This document shows, in pieces, positions 48,936-56,593 of a stretch of DNA of 59,201 bases. The stretch is from Candidatus Woesearchaeota archaeon (GTDB lineage: Archaea > Nanobdellota > Nanobdellia > Woesearchaeales > JABGXB01). The stretch spans positions 1-59,201 of the forward strand of contig JABGXB010000001.1 in assembly GCA_018675975.1 (NCBI GenBank), given 5' to 3'. The notes beneath the pieces were generated by a model, which ran no database searches, was not told where the DNA came from, and saw only the letters and a program-made list of their open reading frames with translations. Every line of letters starts with the position of its first letter. Within the stretch, counting starts at the first letter, position 1. A program made the translations under genes and the position numbers.

Positions 48936-48985
48936 TTTTGTTTTATTTAAAAAAGTAAAAAAGAATTAGTTTAATTGAAAAGAAA
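48936..48985 (+). repeat. ~50-bp direct repeat, copy 2
   Basis: Matches 47723-47773 with a 1-nt indel. Confidence 0.85.
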
Positions 48986-49053
48986 ATTTAATAATAAATT
49001 TTTAATTAATTAATTATATATATTTTTATAAATATTAATTCAGATTGATTTTT

Positions 49054-49680
49054 ATGGAATTAGAAAAAGCAGTTGAAAATTCTCATTTTAAAAGAATAAA
49101 TGTAAGTCCTTTAGTTTGGCCTGGAAAAAATTTAAAATTACAGCCAGGGGATTTATCTCAATTTGTTCCATATGGAGAGAGTCTTTATGGTTATCAAGAA
49201 AATAATTATAAACCGATTATAGATGACCCGAGAAGAGAACCTTCAGGTGGTATTATATATTTTGATAATTCAGTTAGTAAAGAAGATTTTGAAGGATTTT
49301 TAAGAATGACAAATGTTAAATATAATAGTAAAGATTATGCTGCTTTTATTCAAGAATCTTATAATCCTGTTGCAGAAAGATATTTTACTCAAATGAGATT
49401 AGTTTCAAAATTTGGTCTTAAACATTTATTTGGTGCATTAGATCAAAATGAATATGATACATTTAAAGATCAAGATTTTTCTATAGGAGATGCACTTTGG
49501 GAATTTATGAATGTAGAAAAAAATAAATATGGAACTTTTTTTGGTAATCCTAACATAGATGGTAAAATGGGTGGTGATGGAGACTGGGCAAGAGAACAAC
49601 TTAGTTTTGGATTTATGTTAGAAAATGAATATAATAGTATTTATAGAATTTGGAGTAAAGCTTGGTTAGTTACTAAATAA
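49054..49680 (+). CDS. Hypothetical protein
   Basis: Long ORF; TATA at 49025-49032 favours ATG 49054. Confidence 0.72.
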   Translation: MELEKAVENSHFKRINVSPLVWPGKNLKLQPGDLSQFVPYGESLYGYQENNYKPIIDDPRREPSGGIIYFDNSVSKEDFEGFLRMTNVKYNSKDYAAFIQESYNPVAERYFTQMRLVSKFGLKHLFGALDQNEYDTFKDQDFSIGDALWEFMNVEKNKYGTFFGNPNIDGKMGGDGDWAREQLSFGFMLENEYNSIYRIWSKAWLVTK

Positions 49681-49694
49681 TTTTTTTATTAAAA

Positions 49695-49728
49695 TAATTA
49701 ATTTCTAAATCTATTAAAAATATAAATC
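49695..49728 (+). repeat. 34-bp imperfect direct repeat, copy 1
   Basis: TAATTAATTTCTAAATCTATTAAAAATATAAATC, 31/34 identical to 50027-50060. Confidence 0.65.
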
Positions 49729-49758
49729 TTTTTAAATTATACTTAGTTCACATAAGAT

Positions 49759-50001
49759 ATGGTATCTTTACTTTCAATATTAGAAATACAAGGAAATGAA
49801 ACTTCAGTTGATTTGTTTAAAGATAAAGAATCTAAAAAATATGGTTATGCCATTATTCATAATAAAGATAAGTATGGGCGTCCAATAATTTCATGTGAAC
49901 CAATTTATGATTCTAGGAAAAAAGCATTAGCTATGGGAACTGAATTGATGGAAAATATAAAAACATTTGATTTAAAAGCTTATAGAAAAAAATTTAATTA
50001 A
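49759..50001 (+). CDS. Small hypothetical protein
   Basis: 80-aa ORF between the two 34-bp repeats. Confidence 0.68.
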   Translation: MVSLLSILEIQGNETSVDLFKDKESKKYGYAIIHNKDKYGRPIISCEPIYDSRKKALAMGTELMENIKTFDLKAYRKKFN

Positions 50002-50026
50002 TGCTATTAGAAAAAGTAAATCAGAC

Positions 50027-50060
50027 TAATTAATTTCTAAATATGTTAAAAATATAAGTC
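50027..50060 (+). repeat. 34-bp imperfect direct repeat, copy 2
   Basis: TAATTAATTTCTAAATATGTTAAAAATATAAGTC. Confidence 0.65.
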
Positions 50061-50103
50061 CAATAATATAAATTTTTAAAAATATAAATTAAATTAAGAT
50101 TCT

Positions 50104-50610
50104 ATGACAATTCAAAGATACCTTCCAAAAGACAGAAAAAAATTAGACATTTTCGGTGATCAAGAATATATATTTACTTATCATTTTCTTTGGTATATGC
50201 AAGACAATAAAATTGGAATTCGTGGAAATCCATCAACTGAAGCTGAACAATTCTTTGGTGGACTTTTAGTTGTAGATGAGGAATTAATAATTAATTCATA
50301 TTTGGATGGTTTTGGTATTAAAAGATTAAATAATCCTTTTGGAGTGATACAAGGAATTGATGCTGGTATTAAAGAAACTGTAAGATTAGTTGAATTTATG
50401 AATAATCATGAATTAATGCACATGTATGTTTCATTTTTAGGGAAAAATAATTATGCTAGACTTTTAACATTTTCTTCAACAGAACCTTCCAGTGAACTTT
50501 ATGATAAAGGTAATATTCTTCCTGTTACTTTTAATAATAAACCAGTGTATAAAAATTCTGAATTAGAAGAATTGATTGAAAAAGTTAAAACAACTACCTT
50601 TGCTTTTTAA
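50104..50610 (+). CDS. Hypothetical protein
   Basis: 168-aa ORF, no motif recognised. Confidence 0.7.
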   Translation: MTIQRYLPKDRKKLDIFGDQEYIFTYHFLWYMQDNKIGIRGNPSTEAEQFFGGLLVVDEELIINSYLDGFGIKRLNNPFGVIQGIDAGIKETVRLVEFMNNHELMHMYVSFLGKNNYARLLTFSSTEPSSELYDKGNILPVTFNNKPVYKNSELEELIEKVKTTTFAF

Positions 50611-50671
50611 TTAGACTGGTCACTGGACAAGTTATGATTTTTTTTATAAAAGTTGAAAACAATTATTATTT

Positions 50672-51115
50672 ATGATTGAAATAAAAACAAATAATCAAAA
50701 TTCAGATACACATTTTTCAAATAATGAAAATAAAACAATATTAGAAAGAGCTTTTTTTGGTAAAAATAATTGTCTTAAAATTAGTTTAAATAAAAATAAA
50801 GATTGTTATTTTCAATTCGGTATGAAAAAAGAAAGTTCATGGCAATGGAAAAATGTTAAATTTTCAGATATTGAATTAGGACAATTATACAAATTTATTC
50901 AAAAATCTAATTATGAAAATAATAATTCTAATAATAATTCAATTTCTTTTTATCATAAATATAATGATAAATCAACTCAAATTTGGGTGAATAGATATAA
51001 TGATAATATAATAATTAAAACTAATGATATTTCAAAATCTTTGAGCGAAGGAGAACAAATGGTTTTGAGTATTTTAATTGAAAGAATTATATTACAAAAA
51101 AGTTTTGTTTGGTAA
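50672..51115 (+). CDS. Hypothetical protein, possibly Whirly/PC4-like fold
   Basis: Two beta-rich halves each ending in a helix (KFSDIELGQL; SLSEGEQMVL); FYH motif. Confidence 0.55.
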   Translation: MIEIKTNNQNSDTHFSNNENKTILERAFFGKNNCLKISLNKNKDCYFQFGMKKESSWQWKNVKFSDIELGQLYKFIQKSNYENNNSNNNSISFYHKYNDKSTQIWVNRYNDNIIIKTNDISKSLSEGEQMVLSILIERIILQKSFVW

Positions 51116-51155
51116 TTTTAAATATATTTAAATAATACAATATACTTCAATTATT

Positions 51156-51467
51156 ATGAATTTTAAAACCGGAGATATAATAAAAATTGATAATAAAAAC
51201 TATCAAATATTAGATTCATTTGAAGATATTGATTTTTTTGATTCTAAAGAGAATAAAACGATAGGAGAACATATTTTATTTAAATTACACAAATGTGGTG
51301 ATGAATCAATACAAGCAACTCATATTTTAAAAATATATAAAGATAAAAAATTATTATTTAAAGTAAAACAACCTGACTTAACTAAAGATTTAAAAAAAAC
51401 TAAAAGTAGGGGAATGGTTACTGAATTAATAGAGGAAAAAGAAATTAATAAAATTGAAAAGATTTAA
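51156..51467 (+). CDS. Hypothetical protein
   Basis: 103-aa ORF with upstream TATA. Confidence 0.65.
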   Translation: MNFKTGDIIKIDNKNYQILDSFEDIDFFDSKENKTIGEHILFKLHKCGDESIQATHILKIYKDKKLLFKVKQPDLTKDLKKTKSRGMVTELIEEKEINKIEKI

Positions 51468-51501
51468 TTACAATTATAAATTCTAAAAATTCTATATATT
51501 T

Positions 51502-52020
51502 ATGAATAAATTATTATCCTCTATTATTGGTTCCATTCTTATTCTATTATTTACTGTTTGTATTTTATTAAATAGTTTTGATTATAATTCATATCAAATA
51601 AATAATTGGGCTGAAACAAATGATTTTTTTAATTATAATCTAAATGAATTTGATAATTTTAATGAATTAGAAAATTCTCACATGCAAGATGTTAGAGATT
51701 TATTTTTAATATTTTATATTGTTCTTTTTATTTGTATAATTAGTTTATTTTTTATTGATGTTAATTTAAATTATAGTTTTTATATTTTATTTTTTTTATT
51801 TATTATTTGTATTTTTTTTGCATTAATAGATTTTAACTTATTTTTTGATATAATCCATAAACCATTTTTTAAAGATAATTATAGTTTTTCATCTGATTCA
51901 AATATAAAAATAGCTTATCCAAATGAATATTTTATTAATTTTGGAATAAGTGTTGTAGTTTTTATTATATTGTTTTTTATTATTTTAAAATTAATAAAAA
52001 AATTATCTACACTCAATTAA
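51502..52020 (+). CDS. DUF1461/Lit-like integral membrane protein
   Basis: ENSHMQDVRDLF and FNLFFDIIHKPFF...SDSNIKIAYPNEYF. Confidence 0.7.
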   Translation: MNKLLSSIIGSILILLFTVCILLNSFDYNSYQINNWAETNDFFNYNLNEFDNFNELENSHMQDVRDLFLIFYIVLFICIISLFFIDVNLNYSFYILFFLFIICIFFALIDFNLFFDIIHKPFFKDNYSFSSDSNIKIAYPNEYFINFGISVVVFIILFFIILKLIKKLSTLN

Positions 52021-52374
52021 TTTAGTTTCTGGATTTTCAACTAAATAATTTTTACCAGTTTGTTTTTTATACATACTAAATAATTGTTGTTGAATTTGTT
52101 CTAAACCTTTACAATTTTTATATACTTCTGTATATAATCTTTTATTATCGCCAGCAGCAATGTCAATTTCTTCTCTAACAATATCTTTTGTTTGATCATA
52201 AGTTGGACGATTACAAGACATTATAAAAATACTTGCTAATAATCCATATTTTATTATTGGAAAAATGCATCCATCAGTATTACTATCAATACTAGAAAGT
52301 TGATAACTCATATTAGAAAGTTTCTTATCAATATTTTCTAATGTTTCATTTAATGTTTCTTCTTCTTTTGCCAT
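52003..52374 (-). CDS. Hypothetical single-TM protein
   Basis: 123 aa with an internal hydrophobic stretch. Confidence 0.62.
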   Translation of the reverse strand: MAKEEETLNETLENIDKKLSNMSYQLSSIDSNTDGCIFPIIKYGLLASIFIMSCNRPTYDQTKDIVREEIDIAAGDNKRLYTEVYKNCKGLEQIQQQLFSMYKKQTGKNYLVENPETKLIECR

Positions 52375-52458
52375 ATTTGATTAATTTTTTTTTAATTTAT
52401 AAATATTTTGTGCTTAAATACATTATATTTTTTTAAATAATTAAATTATTAATTTTTT

Positions 52459-52764
52459 ATGGAAAAAAGTGAAGTTGAAATATACAAAACGAAATTATCT
52501 AAATTAAATAGTTGTATGGATTTGTATTCTTACAAAGGTATTACTTCTTTTACTTTAGGGGTTTTAACTAGATTAGCTATTGGAAAAGATGCATATCATT
52601 CTGTTGGCGGAGCTGTTGGAGCTGGGTTATTATTTAGTTCCCATTTCAATCAAGCCTCATCTACACAAAATAATACTTTATTAAATATTATAGATTGTGA
52701 AATTGGTTATTTTGCAGGTGTTGCATTTACGGATTATTTATGTACATTATATAGATCTTTATAA
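52459..52764 (+). CDS. Small Gly-rich membrane protein
   Basis: SVGGAVGAGLL and GYFAGVAF glycine-zipper-like segments. Confidence 0.6.
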   Translation: MEKSEVEIYKTKLSKLNSCMDLYSYKGITSFTLGVLTRLAIGKDAYHSVGGAVGAGLLFSSHFNQASSTQNNTLLNIIDCEIGYFAGVAFTDYLCTLYRSL

Positions 52765-53174
52765 TTATCTACACCCAATGTCTCATCTATTTTTTCAGCT
52801 ACTAACTCAACGTCTTTTAGAATTCTTTCTATGTCTTTTTTAATTTCTTTTATTAATTTTGAAAGTCTTGCAACTCGTAAAATATATTTGTTGTCAACTT
52901 GAATAACTAAACCACTTTCAGCTAATTTATGTATATGATGAATTATTGTACCTCTAGATAAATTTGTTTTATATGCTAATTGATCGCTACTTACAGGAAT
53001 ATTGGATCTGGAAAATTGTATTAATTCAATGAATACACGAAAACAAGAATTATCTTTATCACGATCTGAAAATAATCCTAAACTTTTACCTAAAAACTGT
53101 AATTGTTGATTTAATCCATTTTTAGAATCTTCTCTCTGTTTGCTTATAATTAATTTGAAATTTGGCATAATCAT
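52734..53174 (-). CDS. Winged-helix (ArsR-like) transcriptional regulator
   Basis: SSDQLAYKTNLSRGTIIHHIHKLAESGLV. Confidence 0.85.
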   Translation of the reverse strand: MIMPNFKLIISKQREDSKNGLNQQLQFLGKSLGLFSDRDKDNSCFRVFIELIQFSRSNIPVSSDQLAYKTNLSRGTIIHHIHKLAESGLVIQVDNKYILRVARLSKLIKEIKKDIERILKDVELVAEKIDETLGVDNYKDLYNVHK

Positions 53175-53247
53175 ATATTTTATTAGATATATTTATTTTT
53201 AAGTTTAACTTCGATATGTTTATAAGAATCATTTAAAAACTAAGATT

Positions 53248-54237
53248 ATGGAATATTTACTTATTAAGTTGGAAGGAGCATTTTTATTTGATGATAAATT
53301 TGGGCTTAAAAATAAAATATTATTTAAAAATGAAAATTATGATGTTTTAAAGCAAATTCAAAATAATTCATATGATTTTGATAAAATAAAATCTAAATTG
53401 AATTCTAAAAATGCTATTGTATTAAATGAAGCAAATAAATTTATTTTAAGTGATACTGTTCCAAAAGAATTTGAAGATATAGTAAAAAATTTTAAAAATA
53501 TAATGATTGAATGTGAGACAAAAATTAGTGATATTTTAAAACAATCAGATTATATTGAAGTTTCTCAATCTCAAATTAAAGATTCATTTACTAAAGATAA
53601 TTTAATTATTCAAGTTTTTAATAATATTGATGAAATGAAAAGATCATTTAATTTATTTTCTAAACGTTTAAGAGAATATTTTGAATTAACTGGACCTGAA
53701 ATTAGTAAAATGTTTTCAGATAGTAAAGAATTTACAGAATTAATTATCAATAATACAAGAGAAGAATTATTTAAAAAATATAATATTAAAAAAACATCTG
53801 GTGTTGATTTTGATAAAGCAGATTATAAAATTGTATTAAATATTGCAAAACAAAATTTGTCTTTAATTAAATTTATTGAACAACAAGAAAAATATTTAGA
53901 AGAATTATTAAACTCATATGCACCAAATTTAATTGCGATTGCAGGGACTACAGTTTCAGCACAATTAATTAGTCATGTTGGTAGTTTGAAAAAATTAGCA
54001 TTTCTGCCATCGAGTACAATTCAAATTTTAGGTGCAGAAAAATCTTTATTTAGACATTTACGTGGCAATGGAAGATGTCCAAAACATGGTTATTTATTCA
54101 ATAATGCAATGGTTCAAAGTTCATCAAATAAAGGTAAAATGGCAAGACAATTAGCTTGTAAAATATCAATTTGTGCAAGAGTTGATTTAAATCATGGAAA
54201 CTTTATTGCAGATAAATTAATTAAAGAAATTAAATAA
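53248..54237 (+). CDS. nop5: C/D box sRNP protein Nop5 (Nop56/58)
   Basis: RLREYF, APNLIAIAG, LAFLPSSTIQILGAEKSLFRHL, PKHGYLF, GKMARQLA. Confidence 0.95.
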   Translation: MEYLLIKLEGAFLFDDKFGLKNKILFKNENYDVLKQIQNNSYDFDKIKSKLNSKNAIVLNEANKFILSDTVPKEFEDIVKNFKNIMIECETKISDILKQSDYIEVSQSQIKDSFTKDNLIIQVFNNIDEMKRSFNLFSKRLREYFELTGPEISKMFSDSKEFTELIINNTREELFKKYNIKKTSGVDFDKADYKIVLNIAKQNLSLIKFIEQQEKYLEELLNSYAPNLIAIAGTTVSAQLISHVGSLKKLAFLPSSTIQILGAEKSLFRHLRGNGRCPKHGYLFNNAMVQSSSNKGKMARQLACKISICARVDLNHGNFIADKLIKEIK

Positions 54238-54239
54238 AA

Positions 54240-54914
54240 ATGATAGCTAAAATTAATGGGAAATTATTGCAAACTGTAAATTTTGAATTACATAAAAATG
54301 AATCAATTTATGCACAAACTGGTAGTTTTAGTTGGATGTCTGATAATATAGAAATGGATACTAATGCCAAAGGTGGTTTTTTTAAAAGTTTAGGTCGTAT
54401 TTTTACAGGTGAAAGTTTTTTTTTAACTACATTTAGATGTACAAGTAGTAAAGGTATATTAACATTATCAAATAGATTTCCTGGAAAAATAATTGAAATT
54501 AATTTAAAAAAAGGAGAAGAACTTATAATTCAAAAAACTGCATTCTTAGCAGCAACACATGGTGTTGAATTATCATTACATTTTACAAAAAGATTTGGAG
54601 CTGGTTTATTTGGAGGAGAAGGTTTTATTTTACAAAAAGTTAAAGGTGAAGGTAAAATATGGTTAGAACTTTCAGGTGAAGTTTCAGAAATTGTTTTAGA
54701 AAAAGATCAAGAATTAAAAATTGATACATCATTAATTGGAATATTTGAACCAAGCATTTCATATAATGTTAAATTCATAAAAGGATTTAAAAATTTATTA
54801 TTTGGAGCAGAAGGATTATTTTTTGCAACATTAAAAGGACCTGGAAAAATGTGGTTACAATCAACAACAATTAATAATTTAGCTAAAGAATTATCAAGAA
54901 GAATTACAAAATGA
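54240..54914 (+). CDS. AIM24/TIGR00266-family protein
   Basis: GESFFLTTF, QKTAFLA, GLFGGEGFILQK, LKGPGKMWLQS. Confidence 0.92.
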   Translation: MIAKINGKLLQTVNFELHKNESIYAQTGSFSWMSDNIEMDTNAKGGFFKSLGRIFTGESFFLTTFRCTSSKGILTLSNRFPGKIIEINLKKGEELIIQKTAFLAATHGVELSLHFTKRFGAGLFGGEGFILQKVKGEGKIWLELSGEVSEIVLEKDQELKIDTSLIGIFEPSISYNVKFIKGFKNLLFGAEGLFFATLKGPGKMWLQSTTINNLAKELSRRITK

Positions 54915-55051
54915 TTAAATTTACTATAATATGGATAATAGTAATTATTATTTGCTATTTATTATGGAATTGGTATTATAAAAACACAAAAAAAACAAAA
55001 GTGAATAAAAATAAAATATATTCATTAAAACAAATTAAAGAAGTAAAATGA
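54911..55051 (+). CDS. Unannotated 46-aa single-TM microprotein
   Basis: MIKFTIIWIIVIIICYLLWNWYYKNTKKTKVNKNKIYSLKQIKEVK*; ATGA overlaps with both the upstream stop and the flpA start. Confidence 0.65.
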   Translation: MIKFTIIWIIVIIICYLLWNWYYKNTKKTKVNKNKIYSLKQIKEVK

Positions 55052-55779
55052 AACCAAAAAAAAATATAAAAAAACATGTAAGATTTACAAATACTAGGTT
55101 TAAAAAAATAGAATTCTCTCGTGCAATAGAGAGCATTTCAAATTTAATTATTAATAAAAATAAAATACTTACATTATCATTTAATCCAGGGAAAAGGGTA
55201 TATGATGAAAATACTATTTCAATTAAAAATCAAGAATATAGAGAATGGGATCCAAATAAATCTAAATTGTGTGCTGCAATATTTAATGGTCTTAATAATA
55301 TTTCTTTAAATGATAATATGAATATACTATATTTAGGATCTTCAACTGGTACAACAGTTTCACATTTATCTGATATAAACATTAATGGTAAAATATTTGC
55401 ACTTGATTTTGCACCTAGAGTTCATAGAGAATTATTATTTTTAGCAAAAGATAGAAAAAATATATTTCCTTTGATGGCTGACGTTACACAACCATTAACT
55501 TATTTTTCAGCAATTGAACAAGCAGATTTAATTTTTCAAGATATTGCACAAAAAGATCAATTAACTCCATTTGTAAATAATATTAAATTATATTTAAAAA
55601 AAAATGGAATTGCAATTATTTCTGTTAAAGCTAGAAGTATAGATGTAGTTAAAAGACCAAGTGATATATTTAAAGATTTTACATTAAATTTAGGAAAATA
55701 TGTAAATATAATGGAAAAACGATTATTAGACCCATATGAAAAAGATCACTGTCTATTTGTAGTTAAACAAAAAAAATAA
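55048..55779 (+). CDS. flpA: Fibrillarin-like rRNA/tRNA 2'-O-methyltransferase
   Basis: YREWDPNKSKL, LYLGSSTGTTVSHLSD, QDIAQKDQ, KARSID, LDPYEKDH. Confidence 0.96.
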   Translation: MKPKKNIKKHVRFTNTRFKKIEFSRAIESISNLIINKNKILTLSFNPGKRVYDENTISIKNQEYREWDPNKSKLCAAIFNGLNNISLNDNMNILYLGSSTGTTVSHLSDININGKIFALDFAPRVHRELLFLAKDRKNIFPLMADVTQPLTYFSAIEQADLIFQDIAQKDQLTPFVNNIKLYLKKNGIAIISVKARSIDVVKRPSDIFKDFTLNLGKYVNIMEKRLLDPYEKDHCLFVVKQKK

Positions 55780-55780
55780 A

Positions 55781-56593
55781 TTAGGCAACTTTTTGTTCTT
55801 TTGAAAATAAAATATTTTTAAGCCATATAACATCACTATCATTACTATGTGGAATAATTCCATGCATTAATGTTTCAATTACATATTGACAATCTTTATC
55901 ATATGATTTTTTTAATTTTTGCTCTATATTTAGAATTATTTGTTCCATTGAAATTTGATGTGCATATTCATGTCTTAAATCATTAATAGCAATTTCAATA
56001 AACCTTAAACATTCTCTCATATAATTATTTTCAAATTTATTAAAATTTACTCTTAATTGTCTTTTAAAAAATAAATATTTATATTGAACTAATTTTTTTG
56101 CTTTTTCATATATTTCTACTTTGTTTGTTAATTGTTTAAATGCTTTAGCTTTATCAATTTCTTCTCGAATTACTTTATTTAAAATTTCTATATATATGTG
56201 ACCAACAGATTCATAAGCAATTTCTCTGGGTAAAATTACAATATATTTTAATAAATTATCTTTCATCATTTTAAATTTTGATTTATCTGGAATTGGTCGA
56301 ATTTTACAATGGTTTAAAAAATGTCTTAATATTTTTGTAATTTTATTATCAAATTTATTTCCGTGAACTAAACCTTCTAATTCAATTTGTGTTCCAGTTG
56401 TTAAAAAATGATTATTTGATTTTGCAATTTGATCTAATATTAATTTGGAATTATCATGTGATTCATGTTTTGCAAGAATTATATACACATTTGTATCATA
56501 TGATATTCTTTTATTTTGTTTAATATCTAAATATACTTTCTCAATAGTTTTTTTAAATTCTGCTTCATCATTATGGAAAAAATTAAATGTCAT
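55781..56593 (-). CDS. Possible PIN-domain protein with a large helical insertion
   Basis: SYDTNVYI...QIELE...DKDCQY...SNDSD acidic pattern. Confidence 0.5.
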   Translation of the reverse strand: MTFNFFHNDEAEFKKTIEKVYLDIKQNKRISYDTNVYIILAKHESHDNSKLILDQIAKSNNHFLTTGTQIELEGLVHGNKFDNKITKILRHFLNHCKIRPIPDKSKFKMMKDNLLKYIVILPREIAYESVGHIYIEILNKVIREEIDKAKAFKQLTNKVEIYEKAKKLVQYKYLFFKRQLRVNFNKFENNYMRECLRFIEIAINDLRHEYAHQISMEQIILNIEQKLKKSYDKDCQYVIETLMHGIIPHSNDSDVIWLKNILFSKEQKVA

